Notes: generated by a model not told the origin, from the letters alone. A stretch of DNA of 50,011 bases from Candidatus Heimdallarchaeota archaeon (GCA_019057635.1 DXJL01000177.1:1-50011), one strand, 5' to 3'; shown: positions 19,098-28,473, counted from the first letter of the stretch. Program-made: numbers and translations.

Positions 19098-19540
19098 CTT
19101 TGATTTTTTTTACTTTCAGCTACGAAATTCTCTGGAGATATTTTAGGGGGCATCAATTGGGATATAAGTTCTTCTGTTGGTTCTGATTCCAGTTTTTTGG
19201 TACCATACCATATTCCTTCTTCCTTGATAATATCTAAACTAAAATCATGATCTGTGTGTAATCTTAACAAATATTCGAGAAGTTTTATTTGAATTTTTAA
19301 GAGAAAACCGATATCATAGTTATTTTCTGTTTTCTGAAAAGATGAGAAAGGAATAGGGATCTCGATCTGTATTTCAATCTCTTTACTCACGATATTGCCA
19401 CTTAAGAACATTTTAACCCATTCAGAGACATATACTTCTGATAGAAGTTCATTGGTCAAATTTTTATCCAACTTCACATCTATAAGAGTAGATAAGAGCT
19501 TCTGGTATTGGTATTTTATGTTAATAGTTCTCACAATCAT
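19094..19540 (-). CDS. Hypothetical protein
   Basis: 148 aa ORF overlapping the ABC ATPase ORF start by 4 nt; no motif recognised. Confidence 0.55.
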   Translation of the reverse strand: MIVRTINIKYQYQKLLSTLIDVKLDKNLTNELLSEVYVSEWVKMFLSGNIVSKEIEIQIEIPIPFSSFQKTENNYDIGFLLKIQIKLLEYLLRLHTDHDFSLDIIKEEGIWYGTKKLESEPTEELISQLMPPKISPENFVAESKKNQR

Positions 19541-19639
19541 TCAACTTATCTTGATTCTGTATTATCAATTTTAATGCCATTTTACTGTTGAAATTATATA
19601 TATGCTAAATTCTCTCCATTATGTAGAAATAATTCCGGA

Positions 19640-19834
19640 CTAACTTTCTCCTCCTTTATCTAAAAGATCTAATCCAACAATTCCTAAGCAGGCCATTCCT
19701 AGACCAAGTGCAAAGGACATATCCGTTCCCGGTTCTATTATTGAAATAATCAGAGTTGCAACTCCCATGGCGAGGGGTATCGCATATAGAATATAGGTTA
19801 TTATTTGATCGATTGAAATTTTTTTACTTGACAT
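19640..19834 (-). CDS. Small two-TM membrane protein
   Basis: From ATG 19834 after AAGGAA: MSSKKISIDQIITYILYAIPLAMGVATLIISII...ALGLGMACLGIVGL. The ORF track start 19924 is probably too long. Confidence 0.65.
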   Translation of the reverse strand: MSSKKISIDQIITYILYAIPLAMGVATLIISIIEPGTDMSFALGLGMACLGIVGLDLLDKGGES

Positions 19835-19955
19835 TTTTTTTCCTTCTTTTTTTTGATTATTGATATTAACCACTTGAAATTGCAATACTGATTGATATAT
19901 AGTCATGGGAGTTACTAGGTTCACATTTAACCGCTATACGTTTATTTTTTGTTGA

Positions 19956-19983
19956 AAAAAACGAACTAGCAAGTTCGTTTTTT
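19956..19983. promoter_or_regulatory. Perfect 12-bp inverted repeat (operator or hairpin candidate)
   Basis: AAAAAACGAACT-agca-AGTTCGTTTTTT, in the intergenic region upstream of the small membrane protein/ABC genes. Confidence 0.5.
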
Positions 19984-20243
19984 AACCGATTCCAATTTAG
20001 GGTAAACTCATAAAATTTGATTTATAGCAATAAAATTCATTTTAGTACTTTCTATCATAAGAAACATCTAAGGAAAAATCTAATAAATTAGTCAAACGGT
20101 CACAGAAATCGATTCGATCGAAACGAAGGAAAAAAAGATCCTGGAAACTAAGAAATTCTAAGGTGAGGAAAAATGAACCAAGTGGTTTGAATTTTGATAT
20201 CAGGGGAAGAAGGATGTATTAACGGAAAGACGTATTTAATCCA

Positions 20244-21140
20244 TTAACCTATTGAATTTAATAATTCCTTCAGTTTCGTCGTCTTAATATCAGGAAAAAC
20301 CCTTGAAGGTTCTCCCAAATAGGTTATCACATTTGTCACATGCTGAAATTTCTTAATTTCCGAAGAAATCGTTTGTACAACTTTCAAATCATTAACAATG
20401 AAAGTAGCGAATAACACTGGACTTGTTGCTGATATCATAGGGGCAAAATACTCTTCAGGGAAGTTATTTTGAAGAAAACTAATAATTTCTTTTAGATTAG
20501 TTTTTTGTTCTAACCATGATATTCGAATCATCGCAACTATCCCACCAAGGTTTGGATTCCATATGATTCCTAAAATAACTCCTCCTTTCTCCATTAGTTC
20601 ATTGATCGTTTTACTCACCATTCTTGAAGTTAAGCCTGTCTGCTTTGCGATTTCACTCGCAGCTCTTCTTGGATCTTCTATTAAACACTTCAAGACTTTT
20701 TTCTGCAAATTTGTAAATTCAACTTTATTTCCTCTCCAATAAAGTAAAGGATGGATTTCTACATTTGTCACGGAAGATAAATTCCTGAAGAATGTACCCA
20801 TTTCTGAAAGGCCTGTCGTTCCCTGAAAACAAGAAAATACATTGTACATCCCTCCAGCTAATTTTCCTATATAACTGATCATTGGATGATTTCCCATCAC
20901 TTCTACAAATTTCTCATCCTCATTTCCATCAGTAGTGATGAGTGCCATTAGCATCTCTGCGTCTACACCCGCTAAGGGCAACTCTACATAAAAATTTTCA
21001 ATTACACCTGTTGAAAGCATTTTATTAAATCTTTTCTTGATTGCATTCGCTGATACACCATTCTTAGTGGCCATCTCTTGAAAAGTCGTTCGGCAATTAA
21101 CATGAAGGTCTAATAAGATGTTTTTATCAATAGAATCCAT
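20244..21140 (-). CDS. Tandem-duplicated Lrp/AsnC family transcriptional regulator
   Basis: Two HTH_AsnC units (MDSIDKNILLDL..NCRTTFQEMA and LQKKVLKCLIEDPRRAASEIAKQTG), each followed by a RAM-like domain. Confidence 0.9.
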   Translation of the reverse strand: MDSIDKNILLDLHVNCRTTFQEMATKNGVSANAIKKRFNKMLSTGVIENFYVELPLAGVDAEMLMALITTDGNEDEKFVEVMGNHPMISYIGKLAGGMYNVFSCFQGTTGLSEMGTFFRNLSSVTNVEIHPLLYWRGNKVEFTNLQKKVLKCLIEDPRRAASEIAKQTGLTSRMVSKTINELMEKGGVILGIIWNPNLGGIVAMIRISWLEQKTNLKEIISFLQNNFPEEYFAPMISATSPVLFATFIVNDLKVVQTISSEIKKFQHVTNVITYLGEPSRVFPDIKTTKLKELLNSIG

Positions 21141-21383
21141 AGCAGAATTTCAGCAAAGGGGATTATATAAAATTAGTCTAAACAATATTCGAAAATAAAC
21201 TAAGTCTCCCTAGATATTTGACTAAAATCTCTTTAAATATGAAAAAAAATCGTTTTTTTATAGAACAATAGGTTAAAATTTTCCGTATAAATTCTTCATT
21301 TTCACTGGATTATTAATCAATGAATTGCATTATTATCCCATCGAGCAAAAAACTATCATAAATCAAAATTACTGTGATCAGAC

Positions 21384-21881
21384 CTGACAATTCCTGACAA
21401 TGACACCGATATAGTTAAGGTTGTAATTAGGCCAAGCAAAATCTCTGATGTTGAAAAAATTAATGAATTAGAAAAATTAGTTTTTTCACCAAAAATGCGT
21501 TATGGTCCTTCTCTAATTGTGAGAATAATAAATACTTCTTCACCCCATTTAGCACTAACTGCGGTTTTAAAGCCCCAAAACAAAATTATAGGATTTATTG
21601 CTGGAGAGTATGAAGATAAAAAAGAATTGCTAGGGAGAATAGTTACAATTGAAGTGGATCCGAGATATCAACAACATCAAATTGGTCAACGGTTACTCCA
21701 AGCATTTGAGCAGAATCTTGTTGATCACTACTCTGTCCAAACCCTTGAATTACAGGTTCACTTTGAAAATCATAAAGCAATCAATTTTTATCGAAAACAT
21801 GGATACACTGAGGTTAAAAAATTAAAGAATTATTACTCACGTAAAGAACATGCAATCCTTATGCAGAAATCTATCAATTAG
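21384..21881 (+). CDS. RimI/Ard1-like GNAT N-acetyltransferase
   Basis: IVTIEVDPRYQQHQIGQRLL, LQVHFEN..AINFY...GY...KNYY. The frame extends upstream of ATG 21495 through VVIRPSKISDVEKINELEKLVF. The start is uncertain (CTG 21384 proposed). Confidence 0.85.
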   Translation: MTIPDNDTDIVKVVIRPSKISDVEKINELEKLVFSPKMRYGPSLIVRIINTSSPHLALTAVLKPQNKIIGFIAGEYEDKKELLGRIVTIEVDPRYQQHQIGQRLLQAFEQNLVDHYSVQTLELQVHFENHKAINFYRKHGYTEVKKLKNYYSRKEHAILMQKSIN

Positions 21882-22632
21882 TCTCCTCATCTGTATTCAT
21901 GACTTTAATTATTTGAGGGAAAATTTCTCCTGATTTTCCATTAATTACAATACTTGCTGATGAATCTAATGACGTCGGTTCCTCATTGATAATGATTACT
22001 GGAGTATTATTAAAACTCACCAGAGAAGGTAAAGCGGCTGCTGGAAATACACTTAAACTGGTTCCAATGACTATTAATAAATCGGATTCTAGCAGCTCTT
22101 GCTTGGCTTCTTCAAAAACATTTGCAGGAAGAGGTTCACTAAACAATACTACATTGGGTTTTATTAGCCCCTCGCAATCTGGACACCGCGGAACCTGGAC
22201 TTTTTTAAGAAGTTCTTCAACCATTACGCGATCAAATTGTTTTTGGCAACTTAAACATGATGCAGTTTCTCCTGTCCCATGTAATTCAAGAACACGGGAG
22301 TTACCTGCACGTTGATGCAAGAAATCAATATTTTGAGTAATGACGGCTTTAAGTTTTCCTAAATTCTCAAGTGTGGCTAACGCTATATGAGCTGGGTTCG
22401 GTTCTGCCGATGAGACAAGCTCAGCAAGTTCAGAATGCATCTTCCAAAACTTTTCAGGCCATTTTAAAAACGCGGAATATTCTGCATACTCAGTAGGATT
22501 ATATTTTTCCCATAATCCTCCTGGACTTCGAAAATCAGGGATACCCGACTCTACGCTTATTCCTGCACCCGTAAAAGCGACAATTTTGGATTTACTCTTT
22601 ATTAGATTTGCAGCCTGCTTATATAATTTCAT
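21874..22632 (-). CDS. cobB: NAD-dependent protein deacylase, Sir2 family
   Basis: GAGISVESGIPDFR, TQNID, ELHG, CxxC..CxxC zinc site, GTSLSVFPAA. Confidence 0.95.
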   Translation of the reverse strand: MKLYKQAANLIKSKSKIVAFTGAGISVESGIPDFRSPGGLWEKYNPTEYAEYSAFLKWPEKFWKMHSELAELVSSAEPNPAHIALATLENLGKLKAVITQNIDFLHQRAGNSRVLELHGTGETASCLSCQKQFDRVMVEELLKKVQVPRCPDCEGLIKPNVVLFSEPLPANVFEEAKQELLESDLLIVIGTSLSVFPAAALPSLVSFNNTPVIIINEEPTSLDSSASIVINGKSGEIFPQIIKVMNTDEETN

Positions 22633-22643
22633 TATCTAAATCC

Positions 22644-23804
22644 TCATGGAATGTAGGCATATAAGGCAAAATCGATCCGTTGACCCTCTTCTCCAACTAA
22701 TGAAAGATATTCTACACGTGGAAGTCTATCTATTTTTATCGGTACTTTAAGTCTCCCGATTTTCTTTTGTTGTAAACGTACATTTTCAAATGCATGAATA
22801 ACTAATTTTTGAGACCCCTCCAGATCTAACTTGACCTGATTCGTATAAATTATCATTGGATTTTCAGGGATAGCAATTTTTTGATTAGGTGCAATGAATC
22901 CTTGACGTGGGTATTGTTGAGTTAAATGGCCTTGAGAATGAATCCAGAGTGATACTGGTGATTGTAAGTTGACAAGTGTGAGAAGACGGATCTTTAATAT
23001 CGCTATTTGTGGAATAAGGAACGGTCGAACCAGCCGAAACACAATTTTATGTCTATGTAACCGCAAATGTGTTTCTCCAACAGAGATATTTACTGCGTCG
23101 GGTAAGGGGATAAATCTTACAGTATTCCCGTTTTTGCTTGTTGACCATACTGATCCCCCAATATTAATTTGAGTAAGAAAGCATAGTTCTTTTTCACTAA
23201 TTGTTGAACTAATATCTTCAAAATAGTCTATAGCTTGTTCTAGCTCCTCTTTTGTTGCGTTAATTTTATTCTGGAGTAAATTAAGGTATTGTGTCTTATC
23301 ATGAGGACTGCCAATCATTGCCAAGACCCTAATATGGGCCGCTCCATTCTGAAATTTGGTATAATATCGTGTTAGTACCCCCCCAGAAGCGTGAGCGAGT
23401 ACTGAAATCTTATGGGCATTTGTAATTTCTTTGATTATTTTAACATTCTTTGCAAGATTGGCACTGGCATTATCCAGATCGATTAGATCTGACATGTCAA
23501 GTGCAAATATGTAGCGAAAACCATATCTCCACAATTCTCTGGCGAACCAATTGAAAATTGTGTGTTTCGAATTAAAACCATGGATAAGTAATATAGGCTC
23601 ATTGAATCGCGCATGAGTGAGATCTGGAAGATAAATTTCGGTTAAATCGGTATCAAGATAAGCGAAACGCCATAATCGCCATTCACTTCCTTCTTTTTCA
23701 ATTTCTATCCAAAAATGATCGAGGTCTTTTAATCTCTCTGTCTCTTGTGTAACATCGACGAATTTAGCTTGACTTCTTTTCCAATCTTCATCTTCATATT
23801 TCAT
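22644..23804 (-). CDS. Alpha/beta-hydrolase (lipase-like, nucleophile apparently lost) with C-terminal C2-like domain
   Basis: PILLIHGF, AHASGG in place of AHSxGG, IGSPH. The C-terminal KLVIHAFENVRLQQKKIGRLKVPI is C2-like. Confidence 0.7.
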   Translation of the reverse strand: MKYEDEDWKRSQAKFVDVTQETERLKDLDHFWIEIEKEGSEWRLWRFAYLDTDLTEIYLPDLTHARFNEPILLIHGFNSKHTIFNWFARELWRYGFRYIFALDMSDLIDLDNASANLAKNVKIIKEITNAHKISVLAHASGGVLTRYYTKFQNGAAHIRVLAMIGSPHDKTQYLNLLQNKINATKEELEQAIDYFEDISSTISEKELCFLTQINIGGSVWSTSKNGNTVRFIPLPDAVNISVGETHLRLHRHKIVFRLVRPFLIPQIAILKIRLLTLVNLQSPVSLWIHSQGHLTQQYPRQGFIAPNQKIAIPENPMIIYTNQVKLDLEGSQKLVIHAFENVRLQQKKIGRLKVPIKIDRLPRVEYLSLVGEEGQRIDFALYAYIP

Positions 23805-24010
23805 GATGACCTATATCACCCTCATTAGTTGAACTCTGTTGAGTATTTCTGATTTAGCCTTTTGATTGAAAAATTTTCTGGATCCTCTTTTTTTTTACAC
23901 TGAATTCCTTATTAAGTTCTGTAGCTGGAACAATTGTAATAATTGATCGATAAGTATCTGGAAGAAAAGACTGATATTTATTTTCCATAGTAATACTGAA
24001 GGATTGAGAG

Positions 24011-24982
24011 ATGCCAACTATTGAGCTAAGTGATGTCGAAGGAAAACGGTTCGAGACAATTCTAGTTTTTATAATTAAAAATCGGCTCTTAATCGGTGTT
24101 TTATTTGGACTTCCATTCATGCTATTCGGTTTATTCACAGAGTTGGCGATTTTACATTGGGATCTATCAATAATTTTGGAAAGTTGGATAAGGATTATTG
24201 CAGCACTAATAGTTTCAATTTGTTTACTTCCCTATATCTGGATGATAAACGACTATTTTGATGCACCTTATGATTTACTTGATGAGAAAAAAGGAGCGCG
24301 TAACTATTTTTGCAGCTCCAATATCAAGAAAAAACCGTATCTTGCTAAGATTATGCTCCTGACTCCTGTGGTAATCAGTTTGTCATTCAGTTTAATTCTA
24401 GGTATTGAAACTATTATTCTTGTATCCATTACGTTATTAATTGGTCATTTTTATAGCGCTCCTCCTATCCGTTTTAAAGAACGGGTATATCTTGACTTAA
24501 TTACTCATGGATTGTATGCTTCTGGTTTATTTTTCCTATTGGGAGGGTTAGTCATATCCCCATTTGAATATCTCATCCAACAGCCCCTTTTTCTAGTTTT
24601 CATCTCATTATCAATACTCGATGGTATTTGGATACAATTTAATTCTCAATTAATTGATTTTAATATTGATCAAAAAGGAAAACAACGAACGACCTCCGTG
24701 ATCCTAGGAAAGAAGAATAGTGCCCTATTACTTCGAGGACTTATTTGTAGTATGCTAGCATTGATGACCTTCTATTTGATCCTGAATGATTCATTACAGG
24801 ACTTTCTTCCCGATCTTGTTATTTGGATTTCTATCTTAGTTTCCGTTCTGCTAATAATTCTGTATTTATACCGATCTTCGATACTGAAAGATAATTTCGA
24901 CGCAATTCGTAAGCATTCAGCGTGGGTAAGAAGAAAATTTGTCTACACATCTGGTATAATTGGTATTTTACTCATTAACTAG
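24011..24982 (+). CDS. UbiA-family prenyltransferase
   Basis: NDYFDAPYD, YSAPPIRFKER, IDFNIDQKGKQRTT; multiple TM helices. Confidence 0.9.
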   Translation: MPTIELSDVEGKRFETILVFIIKNRLLIGVLFGLPFMLFGLFTELAILHWDLSIILESWIRIIAALIVSICLLPYIWMINDYFDAPYDLLDEKKGARNYFCSSNIKKKPYLAKIMLLTPVVISLSFSLILGIETIILVSITLLIGHFYSAPPIRFKERVYLDLITHGLYASGLFFLLGGLVISPFEYLIQQPLFLVFISLSILDGIWIQFNSQLIDFNIDQKGKQRTTSVILGKKNSALLLRGLICSMLALMTFYLILNDSLQDFLPDLVIWISILVSVLLIILYLYRSSILKDNFDAIRKHSAWVRRKFVYTSGIIGILLIN

Positions 24983-25085
24983 CCAATATCATTATAAAAT
25001 GAAATTAATAAAAGGCTGGAGGAACATTCTTGATTGAAGGTAAGAATTTCGTCCCTTACTAATAATTCGACCGTGAAGTGTTCAA

Positions 25086-25451
25086 ATGCCTAGAGATGGG
25101 TATAAACAAGTCAAACTGGACCCTAAGAAAATGGCTAAGTGGTGGCAGGATGCTGAGGAGCAAATCAGACTAGCTCACCCACACGAATCGAAAAAAAATC
25201 AAGAGAAACTAACAGAAAAATATTTACGATCCCGAGTTAACAATATCATGGAGAAAAGGCAAAGTAAACCTGATCCTGGCGAAAAACAAATAGCCGAATG
25301 GTATCGAACTGAACTTATGCATCTCAGACTTGAAATTCCAGAAACACCCTTAAAACAGCGTGAAAGGATAGCAGCCAACACTGTAACGAATAAAATCAAA
25401 CAATATCGGCGAACAATCCGACTTGATAATTTTCTTGATATGACTGAGTAA
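25086..25451 (+). CDS. Small basic helical protein with internal duplication and PIP-like tail
   Basis: Repeats KKMAKWWQDAEEQIRLAHP and KQIAEWYRTELMHLRLEIP; ends in RLDNFL. Confidence 0.7.
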   Translation: MPRDGYKQVKLDPKKMAKWWQDAEEQIRLAHPHESKKNQEKLTEKYLRSRVNNIMEKRQSKPDPGEKQIAEWYRTELMHLRLEIPETPLKQRERIAANTVTNKIKQYRRTIRLDNFLDMTE

Positions 25452-25538
25452 TTTTTCAACCAAATACTGATCATACGGCTAAAAAAATTAGATTTTTCTT
25501 TTTTGCTTATATTCAATCTGTCAATAAGGAGATACAGC

Positions 25539-26258
25539 ATGACAAAGCGGATTTACTTAGCAGATAATTATATAAAAGATTTTAATTCAACTCTGGTGAA
25601 AAATACTTCCAAAGGAATTGTATTAACAGAAACCTGTTTTTATCCTGAAGGAGGAGGCCAACCAGGGGATAGAGGAAGTCTGATTATCAAAAACCAGCCC
25701 ATTAAGGTAAATAACACTCGAATACATCAAGAATTGGTGATTCACGAAACTGAAACTCAAGATTTCCCAGTGGGTTCAAAGGTAGAAGGAAAATTAGATT
25801 GGAACTACCGCTATAGATTGATGCGGAGTCATTCAGCTCAACATGTAATCAGTCGTTACTTTCAGGTCAACTATCAAGCCGAAACTGTCAGTACCCAGCT
25901 GAAATATGGGAAGAGCAGATTAGATTTTCAACCGTTACGGAAAATACCACTAGAAGAATTAGAAACAATTACAAAAAAAATCAATATGATCTTGGCGAAG
26001 AAATTGCCTGTATCAATAAAGGCATTACCAAGAGAGGAAGCTTTTTCCTATCTTCGCGAGAAAAAATACCAGACTAAATATCTTGAAATGGTGCCCAAGT
26101 CAATCAAATCTATTCGAATTATTTCTATTGGAGACTACGATTTTGCAGCTTGTGCTGGAACCCATGTAAAGAACACATCAGAAATTGGTGAAGTTTCACT
26201 GATAAGCACTAAGAATAAAGGGAAATTTCGTGAAAGAATATTTTATACTGTGATTTGA
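25539..26258 (+). CDS. alaXM: Alanyl-tRNA editing protein AlaX-M
   Basis: TCFYPEGGGQPGDRG, HSAQH, CAGTHVKNTSEIG. ATG 25539 follows AGGAGA. Confidence 0.92.
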   Translation: MTKRIYLADNYIKDFNSTLVKNTSKGIVLTETCFYPEGGGQPGDRGSLIIKNQPIKVNNTRIHQELVIHETETQDFPVGSKVEGKLDWNYRYRLMRSHSAQHVISRYFQVNYQAETVSTQLKYGKSRLDFQPLRKIPLEELETITKKINMILAKKLPVSIKALPREEAFSYLREKKYQTKYLEMVPKSIKSIRIISIGDYDFAACAGTHVKNTSEIGEVSLISTKNKGKFRERIFYTVI

Positions 26259-26269
26259 CTCGAAATCAA

Positions 26270-27343
26270 TCACTTTTTTTCGCTACTAATTTCTAACAGA
26301 ATAGGTTGATGGAAATATCTTCTCATCCACTTTCTGAACCGGAGCTGATTTTTAGTAGTTAACTGATAGTTAATTGTGACTTTTTTCGGTAGGATTGTAT
26401 TTTTCTGATAATATTCCTGTAAAAAATACAAGATGAATACTTCGAGTGATAAATCTTTAGTCCAAAGCCGATTCTGGTGTTCCTCGGAAATTAATCTCCC
26501 ATCATGGTACGAATAAATTGTAGTTTGTATTTCATTCTGAATATCCTCTGGGAAGGTGAATATAAACCGATTTTGATCAAGAGGAAAACTAATTCCTGCA
26601 AAACGTCGACGTAGGAGTTCCAGAGCTTGCAAAGAAATGTGAAATTTCAAAGCTTCTTCAAATTGCATCTTTTCAACAAATCTATCGAAATGTGTATTCC
26701 ATTCATTCAAGAGAGTAAGATCATTTGAAGTCAGGGTATTGATTAACTTAGAAATGTTATTAATCCCCTTCTCAATCGCTAGTCTATTTGACTGGAGACA
26801 ATTACGATAACATAAGTTCAATTGATATTCCCAACAAGAATCTTCATTGGATGAGGTACATAGCTTCAAATTTCTACGAATTTGATCAATCAATTCTTGA
26901 AGCTTTTTTGAGTGCAAATTGATTCGATACACTCTATCATGTTCAGTAAATCTATAAATTTTGTCGTTAGAACTACACAGAAGATGAAAATATGGTTCTT
27001 TTCTGAATATAAGATAGGAGAATGACTGTATCCCATTACTTCGAATGTTCAATTTTGGATTGTTAGTCCAAATTTGAAGTCTTTCAGCTTCGAAAGCAGA
27101 CTCTTCAGTTTCAAATTCTTGATATTCAATATACCTTGTTAGCTTCTGAATTTGTGAATACTTTTTTTCCCTAAACTTTGAGTTTCTAAAATACTGTGAA
27201 ATTCGGTTCTGTAGATTTTTGGATGCACCAATGTAAAGAATTTCTTGTTGTGCATCGATAAATCGATAAATCCCAGGACTGGAAGGAATGCAAGAGATAT
27301 CTTCATACGGAGTTCTGATTCGAATAAACAAGAATGCATACAC
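26270..27343 (-). CDS. UvrC N-terminal-like (Cho-like) GIY-YIG endonuclease
   Basis: PSSPGIYRF...LYIGASKNLQNRISQYF, PKLN, Cys cluster C..C..C..C, UVR-like MQFEEA. No C-terminal HhH. Confidence 0.85.
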   Translation of the reverse strand: MYAFLFIRIRTPYEDISCIPSSPGIYRFIDAQQEILYIGASKNLQNRISQYFRNSKFREKKYSQIQKLTRYIEYQEFETEESAFEAERLQIWTNNPKLNIRSNGIQSFSYLIFRKEPYFHLLCSSNDKIYRFTEHDRVYRINLHSKKLQELIDQIRRNLKLCTSSNEDSCWEYQLNLCYRNCLQSNRLAIEKGINNISKLINTLTSNDLTLLNEWNTHFDRFVEKMQFEEALKFHISLQALELLRRRFAGISFPLDQNRFIFTFPEDIQNEIQTTIYSYHDGRLISEEHQNRLWTKDLSLEVFILYFLQEYYQKNTILPKKVTINYQLTTKNQLRFRKWMRRYFHQPILLEISSEKK

Positions 27344-27440
27344 CTAACTACAAAACAAGGTTTAGCATCTTATTGATACTCTATATATATATTTATGTCG
27401 GGTTCAATCTTTATTTATTCCACTCACGGAAAATTTAAAA

Positions 27441-27635
27441 ATGAAAACCTTTTTAGTTAAGGAGGGAGAAAAAGTAATTGGAGGACTTTCATTGTCAGAA
27501 GAAGAAAAAAAAATGCCCGATGATTTGAAGAAAGAATTGTTGAAAAAAACGAAAGAAGATGGTTTTAGGGGTGGAATTGAGGCTACAAAGGCTAAGTTGG
27601 AAGGAAAAATTCCTACGAAACCTAAGGAGGAATAA
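27441..27635 (+). CDS. Small charged hypothetical protein
   Basis: Lys/Glu-rich ORF; probable start TTG 27492 after GGAGGA. Confidence 0.5.
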   Translation: MKTFLVKEGEKVIGGLSLSEEEKKMPDDLKKELLKKTKEDGFRGGIEATKAKLEGKIPTKPKEE

Positions 27636-27753
27636 AACCAAGAGTCAAATCCCTTTTAATTCGGGGAGGGATAATAATTGCCTTCGTAATTAGGTTTCAA
27701 TAAACCTGTTAAACAACGTTCTAAGTAATTGATGATTAGATACTTGAAATCTC

Positions 27754-28473
27754 CTATGATAACATCTCAACTTCAGGGGAAATGATAATTCCTTTACTAG
27801 TTATCGACAAAGGAAAAAGTCCTCTTTTATGATTAATCCCTCTCATTTTAACTATTTCGATACCCCGTTGACGTTTAGATCCTAAACGTTCATTGTACAG
27901 CCTAATTATACCTGCTGCGAGAAATTCCTCCACAGTAAACCCTTTTGATGAACTACTTTCTGTTACTGCTAAGGAAGTCACACCAAATCGTCGAATGACA
28001 TCAAAAAATCGTAAAAAATTATACCGAACTTCCCGAATACTATCGAAGAGGAGGGAGATAATGGTAAGGGGATCGATGATAAGACGTTTGGCCTCAATTT
28101 CATTGATTGATTCTTTGATACTCTTAGTCAAAGCAGGAAGGTCTACCTTAGTTTGCTGTAAAGCCATTTGTCCCTGCCCTAAAACTCGGCCATAAGAAAA
28201 ATCAAGAATTTTCAATTTCCCTGTATCTACTAATTTTTCTAAGTCATAACCAAAAGATTTCTGTGTAAGAAATAATTCCTTTCGAGATTCAGTGAAACTA
28301 CAGAAAAGACCAGGTTCATTGTATTTCTTAATTCCCTCAACAAGATAACCAACAGATAGGCATGTTTTTCCAGACCCGGGGGCTCCAGAGATAATCGTTG
28401 TCCATCCTGTAGGAATTCCACCTCCAAGGAGTTCGTCTAAACCTGGAATACCTGTTTTTGTAAGTTCCATCAA
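27754..28473 (-). CDS. KaiC/RAD55-like RecA-superfamily ATPase (single domain)
   Basis: TGIPGLDELLGGGIP, GAPGSGKT, RLIIDP, RGIEIVKMRG. Confidence 0.92.
   Translation of the reverse strand: MMELTKTGIPGLDELLGGGIPTGWTTIISGAPGSGKTCLSVGYLVEGIKKYNEPGLFCSFTESRKELFLTQKSFGYDLEKLVDTGKLKILDFSYGRVLGQGQMALQQTKVDLPALTKSIKESINEIEAKRLIIDPLTIISLLFDSIREVRYNFLRFFDVIRRFGVTSLAVTESSSSKGFTVEEFLAAGIIRLYNERLGSKRQRGIEIVKMRGINHKRGLFPLSITSKGIIISPEVEMLS

Noticed and set aside
20161-20247. Strong SD (AGGTGAGG) followed by ATG AAC CAA GTG GTT TGA, considered as a selenoprotein or leader peptide
   Set aside because: Only five codons; readthrough gives 24 aa with no recognisable motif, and I see no SECIS. At most a gene remnant.
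21874-22632. Sir2 as an anti-phage (Thoeris/DSR-type) effector
   Set aside because: It is a canonical zinc-binding CobB-like deacylase with no defence partners nearby.
27754-28473. Circadian clock KaiC
   Set aside because: It has a single ATPase domain and no kaiA/kaiB nearby; such proteins are common in archaea.
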